Of a stretch of DNA of 64,000 nucleotides, positions 20,140 to 31,455 are shown piece after piece (positions within the stretch are counted from its first letter, which is position 1; every line of letters begins with the position of its first letter). Origin of the DNA: an uncultured Gemmatimonadales bacterium (lineage in GTDB: Bacteria > Gemmatimonadota > Gemmatimonadetes > Gemmatimonadales > Gemmatimonadaceae); NCBI GenBank assembly GCA_963707505.1, contig CAVPQB010000004.1:1024001-1088000 (forward strand), written 5' to 3'. The translations under genes and the position numbers were made by a program. The notes below the pieces were generated by a model. That model saw nothing but the letters and a program-made list of their open reading frames with translations, searched no databases and was not told the DNA's origin.

Positions 20140-20518
20140 ATGGCTCGTATTGCTGGCGTGGATCTTCCGCGCGACAAGAAGGTCGAGATCGGGCTTACCT
20201 ACATCTTCGGCATCGGTCGCGCGACCGCGCAGTCGCATTCTCGAATCGACGGGCGTGAGTCCGAGCAGCGTGTTCGCGATCTGAACGATGCTGATACGAA
20301 CAAGCTTCGTCAGGCGATCGAGAGGGACTTCAAGCGTCGAGGGCGCTCTTCGCACCGAAGTCGCGATGAACATCAAGCGGCTCATGGACATCGGCTCGTA
20401 TCGCGGCATTCGTCACCGCCGCGGTCTGCCGGTTCGTGGACAGCGCACGCACACCAACGCCCGCACCAAGAAGGGGCCGCGCCGCGCGATCGCCGGCAAG
20501 AAGAAGGTCACGAAGTAA
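20140..20518 (+). CDS. rpsM: 30S ribosomal protein S13 (frameshifted)
   Basis: [10 protein letters not shown]...; [24 protein letters not shown]. Confidence 0.95.
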
Positions 20519-20521
20519 CAC

Positions 20522-20902
20522 ATGGCAACTGGCGAAGAAAGTAAAGAACGCATCATCGAGGCCGAAGGCATCGCTCACGTCTCGGCGACGTTCAACAACA
20601 CGACCATCACGATCACCGACACCCACGGGAATACGATCTCCTGGGGCTCGTCAGGAAAGGCCGGCTTCAAGGGATCCAAGAAGTCCACTCCGTTCGCCGC
20701 GACCGTCGCGGGTGAGCAGGCCGGACGCGAGGCGGTCACGCTCGGCGTTCGCCGCGTGCACGTGCGCGTGCAGGGACCTGGCTCCGGTCGCGAGTCAGCG
20801 ATCCAGGCGCTCGTCGCCGCTGGTCTGCAGGTCAAGTCGATCAAGGACGTCACGCCGATTCCACACAACGGCTGCCGTCCGCCCAAGCGTCGGAGAGTCT
20901 AG
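20522..20902 (+). CDS. rpsK: 30S ribosomal protein S11
   Basis: [39 protein letters not shown]. Confidence 0.97.
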   Translation: MATGEESKERIIEAEGIAHVSATFNNTTITITDTHGNTISWGSSGKAGFKGSKKSTPFAATVAGEQAGREAVTLGVRRVHVRVQGPGSGRESAIQALVAAGLQVKSIKDVTPIPHNGCRPPKRRRV

Positions 20903-20905
20903 TCC

Positions 20906-21547
20906 ATGCGTTACACAGGACCAAGCTGCCGACAGTGCCGCCGCGAGGGAACGAAGCTGTTCCTCAAGGGCACCAAGTGCTTCACCGAGAAGTGCCCGGT
21001 CGAGCGTCGTCCGACGCCGCCGGGACAGCACGGCGCGATCGACCGCCCGCCGTCGCAAGATGTCGGAGTACTCGAAGCAGCTGCGCGAGAAGCAGAAGAT
21101 CAAGCGCATCTACGGCGTGAGCGAGAAGCAGTTCCGCAACACGTTCGAGCGCGTCGCGACCGCTGCCCGGAATCACCGGACACAATCTTCTCGCCGCGCT
21201 CGAGAGTCGCGTCTCGACAACGTCGTGTACCGCATGGGCTTCGCGCGGCAGCCGCAAGGCAGCTCGCCAGCTCGTTCGTCACCGTCACGTCGAGGTGAAT
21301 CAGCAGGTCGGTGGACATCCCGAGCTTCCTCGTGCAGCCGGGCCAGGAAGATTCGCGTTCGCGTGAAGTCACGCGAGCAGGCCTGCGATCATCGTCGTCC
21401 ATGGATCAGGCCTCGCGCGGCGCTCCGCTCTCGTGGATCGCCGTCGACAGGGAGTCGTTCAGCGGCCGGATGCTCGAGCGTCCGACCCGACCGAACATTC
21501 CGATCGCGGCGCAGGAACAGCTGGTCGTGGAGTTGTACTCGAAGTAG
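20906..21547 (+). CDS. rpsD: 30S ribosomal protein S4 (several frameshifts)
   Basis: [45 protein letters not shown]. Confidence 0.95.
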
Positions 21548-21635
21548 GGCAGGCACGGGGGCTGCGTAAGGGTCCGTGGTGTCCGGATGGTTGTCTTACG
21601 TGGTTGTCGTAGGGGCGGGCCCCCGTGCCCGCCCT
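21546..21635. repeat. Inverted pair of GTAG-type REP-like elements in the rpsD-rpoA gap
   Basis: agggcaggcacgggggc (from 21546) is near reverse-complement to gtaggggcgggcccccgtgcccgccct (21609-21635). Confidence 0.65.
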
Positions 21636-21725
21636 CGCCGTATCGTAGTAAACGAGACCCTAACCCTCGTACCGACTTACCACGCGTTAGGGGCGGGGTA
21701 GACGGTTAAGGAATCAGACAAACAC

Positions 21726-22808
21726 ATGGCTAACGCAATCGATCTCCGCGGACTCGTACGTCCGCAGCTGGTAGAAGTCGACGAAGCGCGAGGACAATCC
21801 CAACGTCGCCGAGTTCCGGCTGCAGCCGCTCGAGCGCGGCTTCGGCCACACACTCGGCAATGCAATGCGCCGCATGCTTCTTTCGTCGCTGCGCGGCTCT
21901 GCCGTTTGGGGGTTCCGCATCGATGGCGTCGTACACGAGCACCAGACCATTCCGGGTGTCGTCGAAGACGTTCACCAGATCATCGGCAAACTTGAAGACG
22001 CTCGTCCTGAGCCTCGACGATGCGACCGAGACCACTGTCGTTCGCGTCACCAAGACCGGACCGGCGCGATCAAGGCCAGCGACATCAACGGCAGCGGCCG
22101 GACGTCACCGTTCTCGACCGCGACCATCACCTCTTCACGCTGCAGGACGATCGCGATATCAACGTCGAGCTGTACGTGAATCACGGCCGCGGTTACGTCG
22201 AGGCCGATCAGCACGTCGTCGACCGGACTCTTCCGGTCGACCTCGTCCGCATCGACTCGATCTACAACCCTGTTCGCCGCTGCAACTTCGCTGTCGACGA
22301 GACGCGCGTTGGACAGCGCACGGACTACGATCGTCTGACGCTGACCGTCGAGACCAACGGCACGATCACGCCCGAAGAGGCGGTGAGCTATGCCGCGGCT
22401 CTGGCGCAAACGCACTTCCAGTATTTCGCGGGCTTCGGCTCGCACACGTCGGCGCCGATCACGGCGGGCCAGCGACATGGGCGGCAACGACGCAGCGCGT
22501 CTGGCGCAGCTGCTCTCGCACGCCGATCGAAGATCTCGAGCTCTCCGTTCGCTCCGTCAACTCGCTCAAGAACACCGAGATCCGCACACTCGGCGATCTC
22601 GTCAAGCGCACCGAGGAGTCAGATCCTCCAGGTCAAGAACTTCGGCAAGAAGTCGCTGAACGAGATCGCAGAGCTGCTCGAGCGCGAGAATCTGAACTTC
22701 GGCATGAAGTTCGAGGAGTCGGAAGACGGCGTGCGGATCACGGATCGGGGCACCCCGCCGAACCGCACCGCGCTCGCCGAAGCCGCCATCGGCGACGACG
22801 ACGAATAA
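21726..22808 (+). CDS. rpoA: RNA polymerase alpha subunit (several frameshifts)
   Basis: [63 protein letters not shown]. Confidence 0.95.
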
Positions 22809-22811
22809 CGT

Positions 22812-22837
22812 GTACGGGCAGGCTCCGTGCCTGCCCT
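22812..22837 (+). repeat. Third REP-like copy (rpoA-rplQ gap)
   Basis: gtacgggcaggctccgtgcctgccct resembles the 21609 copy. Confidence 0.6.
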
Positions 22838-22858
22838 AAATGGACCTGAGGATTTTAG

Positions 22859-23222
22859 ATGCGACATAGAAAAGTCGGCCGGCAACTTCGGCGCACCCCC
22901 GAGCAGCGGCTCGCGCTGCTTCGGAAGCCTTGCGCAGTCGCTGATCGAGCACGGCGCGATCGAGACGACCGAGGCCAAGGCCAAGGAGCTGCGGCCGTTC
23001 GTCGAGAAGCTCATCACGAAGGCGAAGGAAGGCACGCTCCACTCGCGCCGTCTTGCGGCTCGTCACGTGCAGCAGCGCGCGGTGAACGACAAGCTGTTCC
23101 AGGAAGTCGCACCGAAGTTCGCGACGCGGCAGGGCGGCTACACGCGCATCCTCAAGACTGGCCATCGCAAGGGTGACGGCGCCGAGATGGCCCGCATCGA
23201 GCTCATGCCGGAGACCAAGTGA
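22859..23222 (+). CDS. rplQ: 50S ribosomal protein L17 (frameshift near 22925)
   Basis: [41 protein letters not shown]. Confidence 0.95.
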
Positions 23223-23473
23223 AGACGAAGAGCCAACTCGCTGAGAAGCGCACCAAGGCGATCGAGCGGAACAAGTGCTATGCCTGCGACAAGGGCGTTA
23301 CATTCGGCAACAACGTTTCGCATGCGAACAACAAGACACGCCGCACCTGGAAGCCCAATCTTCAGGTCGCACGCGTCGTCGTCGACGACAAGATCATCAA
23401 GGTGAAGGTCTGCACGAGCTGCCTCGCGGCCGGCAAGGTTGTCCGCGCGCCGCGGAGTCAGGCGGTAGCCTGA
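23219..23473 (+). CDS. rpmB: 50S ribosomal protein L28
   Basis: CYACDKG...[20 protein letters not shown]...KVCTSCL; GTGA overlap with rplQ. Confidence 0.93.
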   Translation: MKTKSQLAEKRTKAIERNKCYACDKGVTFGNNVSHANNKTRRTWKPNLQVARVVVDDKIIKVKVCTSCLAAGKVVRAPRSQAVA

Positions 23474-23504
23474 ACGCCCTGACGGCTTCAGATTCCTCCT
23501 CATT

Positions 23505-23533
23505 CGGGGCGACTCGTCAGTCGCCCCGTTTTT
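23505..23533 (+). terminator. Intrinsic terminator after rpmB
   Basis: cggggcgact-cgtc-agtcgccccg followed by TTTTT. Confidence 0.85.
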
Positions 23534-23551
23534 GTATCTTAGAAGGTCGAA

Positions 23552-26500
23552 ATGCCAAAGCGTACTGATATCCACCGCATCCTCGTCATTGGCTCCGGAC
23601 CGATCGTCATCGGTCAGGGCGCCGAGTTCGACTACTCGGGCACACAGGCGACAAAGGCGCTGAAGGAAGAAGGATACGAGGTGATTCTCGTCAACTCGAA
23701 TCCCGCCACCATCATGACCGATCCGGAGTTCGCCGACGCGACATACGTCGAGCCGGTAACGCCGAAGTTCGTCGAGCTCGTGATCGAGAAGGAGCGCCCC
23801 GACGCGCTGCTGCCGACGATGGGCGGTCAGACGGCGCTCAACGTCGCGATGTCGCTGTCGCAGAACGGTGTGCTCGAGAAGTACGGCGTCGAGCTGATCG
23901 GCGCCGACGAGCGTGCGATACGCATCGCCGAGGATCGCGCACTGTTCAACGAGGCGATGAAACGCATCGGATTGCAGGTCGCGCGCGGCGGAACGGCGAC
24001 GACCTTCGACGAAGCGCTCGTGCTCGTCGAGGACACGGGTTTTCCGTCGATCATCCGACCTGCGTTCACGCTCGGCGGCAGCGGCGGTGGAATCGCTTAC
24101 AATCGCGACGAGTTCGAGGAGATCGTGCGAGCGCGGGCTCGATCTCTCGCCGATGAGTCAGGTGCTCGTCGAGCGCAGTCTCATCGGATGGAAGGAATTC
24201 GAGCTCGAAGTGATGCGTGATGCGGCCGACAACGTCGTCATCGTGTGCTCGATCGAGAACATCGATCCGATGGGCGTGCATACCGGTGACTCGATACCGT
24301 GCGCGCCCGCAATGACGCTCACCGATCGTGAGTATCAGACTCATGCGGGACGCGTCGGTCGCGATCATTCGCGAGATCGGTGTCGAGGCTGGCGGATGCA
24401 ACATTCAGTTCGCGATCAATCCCGCGGACGGCGAGATGATAGTCATCGAGATGAATCCGCGCGTGTCGCGCTCGTCCGCGCTCGCGTCCAAGGCGACGGG
24501 CTTTCCGATCGCGCGCATCGGTGCCAAGCTCGCCGTCGGATACAGACTCGACGAGATTCCGAACGACATCACACGCACCACTCCGGCATCCTTCGAGCCG
24601 GTGCTCGATTACGTGGTCGTCAAGTGCCCACGTTTCGCGTTCGAGAAGTTCACGCTCCGCCAAGCGCGCATCTCACGACGCAGATGAAATCTGTCGGCGA
24701 GTCGATGGCGATCGGCCGCACATTCAAGGAAGCGTTCCAGAAGGGGCTGCGCGCACTCGAGACCGGCCGCTCCGGTTGGGACAGTCGGCTCGCGTCTCAT
24801 CGACGATCGTCTCGCTGACGACTCCGCGGATACGTTGCGCGGCTGCGCTGCGCCAGCCGACGCCGGAGCGAATCTTTCAGATCAAGCGCGCCATGCTCAG
24901 CCGGTTTCACTGTCGCCGAGATTTACGAGCTCACCTGGATCGATCCCTGGTTCCTCGAGCAGATGCATGAGCTGATCGACGCCGAGCGGAGGTGGACTGC
25001 GCTGCCGGAAATTGACGGCGACCGAGCTGCGGCGCATGAAGCGCATGGGGTTTTCCGATCGGCAGCTCGGCGACCTGCGCGGCGAATCCGAGGGCGACGA
25101 TGCGCGCGCAACGCTGGGCATTCGGCGTGCGGCCCGCGTACAAGATGGTCGATACCTGCGCCGGTGAGTTTCCCTCGGCGACGCCGTATCTGTACAGCTC
25201 GCTACGACGAGGAGAGCGAAGCACCGCCAACAGGCCGGAAGTCCATCGTCATACTCGGCAGCGGTCCGAACCGTATTGGGCAGGGCGTCGAGTTCGACTA
25301 CTGCTGCGTGCGCGCGTCACTCGCACTGCGCGACCAGGGATACGAGACGATCATGATCAACTCGAATCCGGAGACTGTCTCGACCGACTTCGACATCTCC
25401 GACAAGCTGTACTTCGAGCCGCTGACGCTGGAGCACGTGCTCGACATCGTCGATCGCGAGCAGCCCGTTGGCGTGATCGTGCAGCTTGGCGGTCAGACTC
25501 CGCTCAAGCTGACGCGCGGTCTCGAAGCCGCGGGTGTGCCGATACTCGGCACATCAGCCCGACGCGATCGACATCGCCGAGGATCGGCAACGCTTCGACG
25601 CGATCGCGCGCAAGCTCGGAATTCGGCAGCCTGAAAACGGGACCGCGACGAGTGTCGCCGGCGCCGTCGAAGCTGCGAACGCGCATCGGCTATCCCGTCC
25701 TCGTCCGGCCGTCGTACGTGCTTGGCGGACGCGCGATGGAGATCGTGTACGACGAGGACTCGCTGCGCGAGTACTTCGAGCGTGCGGCGCGCGTATCCGA
25801 AGACAGGCCGGTTCTGATCGACCAGCTTTCTGGAGGACGCGTTCGAGGCCGACGTCGATGCGATATCGCGACGGAGAGCAGGTCGTGATCGGCGGCATCA
25901 TGCAGCACATCGAGGATGCGGGTATCCACTCCGGCGATTCTGCGTGCGTTCTGCCGCCGTATCTGATCGGCGAGGACGAGCAGGAGACGATGCGCGGACA
26001 CACCGTTGCGTTGGCCGAAGGCGCTTGGACGTGGTCGGATTGATCAACGTGCAGTACGCGATCAAGGACGGCGTGGTGTACGTGCTCGAAGTGAATCCAC
26101 GCGGCAGTCGCACGGTTCCCTTCGTGTCGAAGACCATCGGCGTTCCGCTCGCGTCGATCGCCGCGCGTGTGATGGCCGGAGAGAAGCTCGCCGACATCGG
26201 TTTCACCGAAGAAGTGCTTCCACCGTACGTCGCGGTGAAGGAAGCGGTGTTTCCGTTCAACAAGTTTCGTGAGTTCGATCCCATCCTCGGTCCCGAGATG
26301 CGATCGACGGGCGAGGTGATGGGGACGTCGGAGTCGTTCGGAAGTGCGTTCTACAAGGCGCAGCTCGCCGCTGACAACGGATTGCCGATGAGTGGCGGCG
26401 TCTTCGTCTCGGTGAATGATTCCGACAAGGCATCGGTCACGCCGATCGTGCGCCGATTCTACGAGCTCGGCTTCACCATCCACGCAACCGAGGGAACCGG

Positions 26501-26813
26501 CAGGCATCTGCGCAAGCTTGGCATCCCGGTGACGAAGGTGTACAAGGTGCATGAAGGCCGGCCACACGTGATCGATCTCATCGTCAACGGGACTGTTCAG
26601 CTTCTGATCAACACGCCAATGGGCAAGCGTGCGCAGAAGGACGATTACTCCATGCGCCAGGCAGCCATTGCGCACCATGTTCCGTACACGACGACGCTCT
26701 CGGCTGCGAGCGCCGCGTGCGATGCGGTGCTGGCGATGCGCTCGCGTCCCGCATCGGTCACGTCGCTGCAGGAATGGCACTCGCGTATCGAGCGCCCTGT
26801 CGAGGCGCGATGA
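23552..26813 (+). CDS. carB: Carbamoyl-phosphate synthase large subunit (many frameshifts)
   Basis: [76 protein letters not shown] domain. Confidence 0.95.
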
Positions 26814-27379
26814 GCGACGACGTTTTCATTCACGAATCGGCGTTCGTCGACGAAGGCGCGCAGATCGGCGCCGGAACTCGGGTGTGGCACTTCTGTCACG
26901 TACTCGGTGGTGCAGTAATCGGAGAGCGTTGCTCACTCGGTCAGAACGTCGTCGTGATGAGTGGCACCCGCATCGGCACGAACGTAAAGATTCAGAACAA
27001 CGTGTCCATCTACGAAGGTGTGACACTCGAAGATGACGTGTTCTGCGGACCGTCGATGGTGTTTACCAACGTCATCAATCCGCGCAGCCACGTATCGAGG
27101 AAGAGTGAATATCGCGCCACTCTCGTCAAGCGCGGCTCGTCCATCGGGGCGAATGCAACGATCGTATGCGGATCGACGCTCGGTGAGTTTTGTTTCATTG
27201 GAGCGGGAGCAGTCGTATCGAAGGATGTCCCGGCATACGCGCTGATGGTTGGAGTACCCGCGCGTCGCGTCGGTTGGGTGTGCGAGTGCGGCGAGAAGCT
27301 GCCGGCCGGGGACGCTCCGGGATGTGAAGCATGCGGCAAGCAGTACGTGAATCACGGCAATACGATCGCCCGTGTCTGA
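26810..27379 (+). CDS. Left-handed beta-helix N-acetyltransferase, WbpD/WlbB-like
   Basis: [36 protein letters not shown]-terminal CECG...CEACG. Confidence 0.9.
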   Translation: MSDDVFIHESAFVDEGAQIGAGTRVWHFCHVLGGAVIGERCSLGQNVVVMSGTRIGTNVKIQNNVSIYEGVTLEDDVFCGPSMVFTNVINPRSHVSRKSEYRATLVKRGSSIGANATIVCGSTLGEFCFIGAGAVVSKDVPAYALMVGVPARRVGWVCECGEKLPAGDAPGCEACGKQYVNHGNTIARV

Positions 27380-28394
27380 GAATTTTCGCGTGGCGCTTGT
27401 CGGCTGCGGTCGCATAGCCAAGAATCATTTCGACGCGATGGAGCGCGTTGACGGACTGGATCTCGTCGCCGTCGCCGATATCATCCCGTCGCGCGCTGAG
27501 GCCGCGGGAGCGGCTAACGGCGTTCCCTTTTTCACATCGCTGGCTGAAATGATGGCAGCGGTGGAGTGCGACATCGTCACCGTTGCGACTCCGTCCGGAC
27601 TGCATCCCGTTCATGGAATCGAGGCCGCGCGTGCGGGGAAGCATGTCGTGAGCGAGAAACCGATGGCCATCTCGCTGGCCGGTGCGGATTCGCTGATCGA
27701 TGCGTGTGCTGAAGCCGGTGTCCGATTGTTCGTGGTGAAGCAGAACCGGTTGAACCCGGCGATCCAGCTCGTGAAGCGTGCGGTGGAGAAGGGCCGCTTC
27801 GGACGAATCCACTCCGCCAATTGCACCGTCCGCTGGGCTCGTCCGCAGGAATACTACGACCAGGCCCCGTGGCGCGGTACGTGGGCCATGGACGGCGGTG
27901 CATTCATGAACCAGGCCTCGCACTACGTGGACCTGATTCAGTGGCTTGCAGGGCCCGTCGCGAGCGTTGTAGCGATGACCGCGACGCAGGAGCGGAAGAT
28001 CGAAGCCGAGGATTCCGGCGCTGCGGTGCTGCGGTTTCAGAATGGCGCGATCGGCGTTCTCGACGTGACGATGCTGACGTATCCCAGGAACCTCGAAGGC
28101 TCGCTCACCATCCTCGGCGACCGCGGATCGGTGAAGATCGGCGGCACTGCGGTCAACCGCGTCGATACGTGGCTGTTCGAGGACTACGATGACGACGACA
28201 AGCTGATCGAGTCCGCCGCTACGACTCCGCCAACAGTTTACGGATTTGGCCACCAGGGCTACTACCGAAACGTGCTCCGGGTGCTACGCGGCGAGGCGGT
28301 GCCCGATACGGACGGCCGGGAAGGGAGGAAGTCGCTCGAGATCATTCTCGCGATCTACGAGTCGGCGCGGACGGGGAAGGTCGTCAGTCTGTAG
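27372..28394 (+). CDS. Gfo/Idh/MocA dehydrogenase, WbpB/WlbA-like
   Basis: [42 protein letters not shown]. Confidence 0.88.
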   Translation: MSENFRVALVGCGRIAKNHFDAMERVDGLDLVAVADIIPSRAEAAGAANGVPFFTSLAEMMAAVECDIVTVATPSGLHPVHGIEAARAGKHVVSEKPMAISLAGADSLIDACAEAGVRLFVVKQNRLNPAIQLVKRAVEKGRFGRIHSANCTVRWARPQEYYDQAPWRGTWAMDGGAFMNQASHYVDLIQWLAGPVASVVAMTATQERKIEAEDSGAAVLRFQNGAIGVLDVTMLTYPRNLEGSLTILGDRGSVKIGGTAVNRVDTWLFEDYDDDDKLIESAATTPPTVYGFGHQGYYRNVLRVLRGEAVPDTDGREGRKSLEIILAIYESARTGKVVSL

Positions 28395-28402
28395 GAGAAG
28401 CT

Positions 28403-28466
28403 CTCAACCCCAGGAAAACTCGTCAACACCCAGAAATTCGTCATCCCCGCGAAAGCGGGAATGACG
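28403..28466. repeat. CGTC-type REP hairpin preceded by two degenerate 18-nt units
   Basis: cgtcatccccgc-gaaa-gcgggaatgacg at 28439-28466; units at 28403, 28421, 28439. Confidence 0.8.
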
Positions 28467-28476
28467 ATCTGCCGGA

Positions 28477-28771
28477 TCAGTCCTTACTCTCAGGCGGCTT
28501 GAGCCGTCCCGGCTCCGCCAGCAGCTTTGTCATGAACCGCTGGCCCTCAGCCATCCGCTCCACCTCCAGCGCCATGGCCTCGACGGCCCGTTCTATCCGC
28601 TCCATCCGCGCCTCGGCGGCCTCTCCGGATGGGAGGAGAACGGGGCCCCGTCATGCCCTTCTCGATGCGTCTGCCGTACGCTCGCGCCATGGGATAGCCG
28701 ATCCCGACGATCGCCGCAATCGCGACAAACGTGGCGTCGCGGATGATTGTATGTGCGGTAAACGGATCCAT
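28477..28771 (-). CDS. Small membrane-anchored coiled-coil protein (one frameshift)
   Basis: SD GAGGAAGG; MDPFTAHTIIRDATFVAIAAIVGIGYPMARAYGRRIEKG ... ARMERIERAVEAMALEVERMAEGQRFMTKLLAE...KD*. Confidence 0.7.
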
Positions 28772-28920
28772 CCTTCCTCGCGGCCTGAGTAGCTGGGGCG
28801 GACACCTGGCGCCCATAGCGGAAATTAATTGACTTAGGGCGCTCCGACCGGCGATCTTTCCAGGCTGTATCGCCGTCTGTCCAGGCTCCTGCCTGGGCGG
28901 CGCGAGTAACCCCGCATATC

Positions 28921-30042
28921 ATGGCCGTACCCCTTCTAGACCTCAAAGCCCAGCACGGCACCATTCGCGACGAAGTCATCGCCGCGATCATGCCCATCGT
29001 TGATGGGCAGACTTTCATACTCGGCGAGCCTGTCGAGCGGCTCGAGAAACAGGTCGCCGAGCTGTCGCACACGAAGCACGCAATCGGTTGTGCCAACGGC
29101 ACCGATGCGATTTTGCTCGCATTACGCGCGCTCGACGTCGGACGCAACGACGCGATCGTCACGACTCCGTTCACATTCTTCGCGACAGCGGGCGCCATTC
29201 ACAACGTCGGCGCACGAACCGTGTTCGCCGACATCGACCCCGATACGTTCAACATCTCTCCCCAAGCTGTCGACGAAACCGTACGCAACACGCCCGATGC
29301 CAAGGCCGTCATCGCAGTCGATCTGTTCGGACAGATGGCAGCGATCGACGAGATCCGGGACGTGCTTCCGCAAGGAATGCCCATCATCGAGGACGCCGCA
29401 CAATCCATCGGCGCGAGCAGAAATGTCGATGGACGTCAGGTGATGGCCGGTGAGATCGCCGACATCGGCACCTTCAGCTTTTTCCCATCCAAGAACCTGG
29501 GCGGTTACGGCGACGGCGGCATGACCGTCACGCAGAGTGATGAGCTCGCCGCGCGCCTCCGGAGACTCAGGACTCACGGCAGCGTAAAGACGTACTTTCA
29601 CGAAGAGGTTGGCTACAACAGCAGGCTCGATGCGCTGCAGGCCGTCGTGCTGTCCGCCAAGCTGCCACACCTGGAAGCGTGGAGCGCCGCACGTCGACGC
29701 AACGCATCGCTGTACGACAGGGCGTTCGCGGATCTCGATGGCGTGCGTACTCCCGCGATCGACAGCAAGAATCAATCGATCTACAACCAGTACACGCTGC
29801 GCGCCGCGCGCCGCGACGAGCTTCAGGAATTTCTGAAGAAGCGTGGCATCGGCAACTCTGTCTATTATCCGCTGCCGCTGCATCTCCAGCCGTGCTTCGC
29901 TTACCTCGGTTACGAGGAAGGCGATTTTCCGGAGAGTGAGCGCGCGGCAAAGGAAGTTGTATCGCTGCCGGTATACCCGGAGCTTACCGACTCACAGCGC
30001 GACGAGGTAATCTCGGCAGTTCGCGCTTTCTACGGCCGTTGA
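28921..30042 (+). CDS. DegT/DnrJ/EryC1/StrS PLP aminotransferase, WbpE/WlbC-like
   Basis: NGTDA, FTFFATA, EDAAQSIGA, SFFPSKNLGGYGDGG, NSRLDALQA. Confidence 0.92.
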   Translation: MAVPLLDLKAQHGTIRDEVIAAIMPIVDGQTFILGEPVERLEKQVAELSHTKHAIGCANGTDAILLALRALDVGRNDAIVTTPFTFFATAGAIHNVGARTVFADIDPDTFNISPQAVDETVRNTPDAKAVIAVDLFGQMAAIDEIRDVLPQGMPIIEDAAQSIGASRNVDGRQVMAGEIADIGTFSFFPSKNLGGYGDGGMTVTQSDELAARLRRLRTHGSVKTYFHEEVGYNSRLDALQAVVLSAKLPHLEAWSAARRRNASLYDRAFADLDGVRTPAIDSKNQSIYNQYTLRAARRDELQEFLKKRGIGNSVYYPLPLHLQPCFAYLGYEEGDFPESERAAKEVVSLPVYPELTDSQRDEVISAVRAFYGR

Positions 30043-30057
30043 GGGCCCTCCAAACGA

Positions 30058-31455
30058 ATGGATAACAAGCAGCGTCTTCTCGATAAAATCGCCGACCGCA
30101 CCGCCGTTATCGGCGTGGTCGGACTTGGCTACGTGGGACTTCCGCTCGCGGTCGAGTTCGCGAAAGCCGGCTTCAAGGTCATTGGCTTCGATGTAACGAA
30201 GAGCCTGACCGACATGCTCAATACCGGCAAGTCACACATTCAGGACGTTCCATCGGCTGAGCTCGCCGAAGTCGTCGGCAAGAAGTTGTTCGAGGCGACG
30301 ACCGATCCCAAGCGCATCAAGGAGATGGATTGCGTCTCGATCGCTGTCCCGACTCCGCTCGTCAAGACGCGCGACCCTGACATGAGCTACGTCGTCGCCG
30401 CAACCGCTACCATCAGCGATTACGCCCATCCTGGCATGCTGGTCGTGCTCGAGAGCACGACGTATCCCGGCACCACGCGCGAGCTCATGCAGCCCAAGCT
30501 CGAAGCCGCTGGCCTCAAGATCGGCAGCGATGTGTTCCTCGCTTTCAGCCCGGAGCGCGTGGACCCCGGCAATCCAGTCTGGCATACCAAGAACACACCC
30601 AAGGTGGTCGGCGGAATAACGCCCGCATGCACGGAAGTCGCGACCGCGTTGTACCAGAGCTGTCTCGATACCATCGTGCCGGTGACCTCGACCGAAACTG
30701 CGGAGCTTGTCAAGCTGCTCGAGAACACCTTCCGCTCCGTCAACATCGGCCTTGCAAATGAGATGGCGATCGTCTGCGAGAAACTCGGCGTCAACGTGTG
30801 GGAAGTGATCGACGCAGCTGCAACAAAGCCGTTCGGCTTCATGAAGTTCACGCCCGGCCCCGGAATCGGCGGCCACTGCATCCCGCTGGATCCGCACTAC
30901 CTCGCCTGGAAGATGCGCACGCTCAACTACAAGACGCGCTTCATCGATCTGGCCAGCGAGATCAATTCGCAGATGCCGGCCCTGGTGGTCGAAAAGGTCG
31001 CGCAGGCGCTCAATCATGAGCACAAATCGGTGAATGGCAGCAAGGTTCTCGTGCTCGGCGTGGCTTACAAGAAGAACATCGATGACATGCGTGAGAGCCC
31101 GGCACTCGACGTCATCAAGCTGCTCGAGGGGCGCGGCGCGAAGGTCTCGTTCCACGACCCGCACGTGACGACGTTCCGGGAGGACGGTCACACGTTCACC
31201 AGCGTCGAGCTGTCGGATGCCGTGCTCAAGCACTCGGACGCAGTGGTCATCGTCACCGACCACGACGCGGTGAACTATCAGCGAGTCGTCGATCTTGCGC
31301 CCGTTGTAGTGGATGCACGCAATGCCACCAAGGGTCTCACGTCGAAGAACGGGCGCATCGTGCCGTATGTCGGCAGACGCCGCCTAGCGCGACATGAACA
31401 TCGCTGTAATAGGAACGGGCTATGTCGGCCTGGTCGCCGGGGCGTGCCTCGCTGA
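30058..31455 (+). CDS. UDP-N-acetyl-sugar 6-dehydrogenase, WbpA/WecC-like (true stop possibly 31387)
   Basis: GLGYVGLP, ESTTYPGTT, FSPERVDPG, GPGIGGHCIP, YKKNIDDMRESP. Confidence 0.92.
   Translation: MDNKQRLLDKIADRTAVIGVVGLGYVGLPLAVEFAKAGFKVIGFDVTKSLTDMLNTGKSHIQDVPSAELAEVVGKKLFEATTDPKRIKEMDCVSIAVPTPLVKTRDPDMSYVVAATATISDYAHPGMLVVLESTTYPGTTRELMQPKLEAAGLKIGSDVFLAFSPERVDPGNPVWHTKNTPKVVGGITPACTEVATALYQSCLDTIVPVTSTETAELVKLLENTFRSVNIGLANEMAIVCEKLGVNVWEVIDAAATKPFGFMKFTPGPGIGGHCIPLDPHYLAWKMRTLNYKTRFIDLASEINSQMPALVVEKVAQALNHEHKSVNGSKVLVLGVAYKKNIDDMRESPALDVIKLLEGRGAKVSFHDPHVTTFREDGHTFTSVELSDAVLKHSDAVVIVTDHDAVNYQRVVDLAPVVVDARNATKGLTSKNGRIVPYVGRRRLARHEHRCNRNGLCRPGRRGVPR

Noticed and set aside
20021..26813. 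Pseudogenisation or programmed frameshifting of ribosomal genes, rpoA and carB
   Set aside because: Essential genes with many scattered indels and no consistent slippery motif; sequencing error is far more likely.
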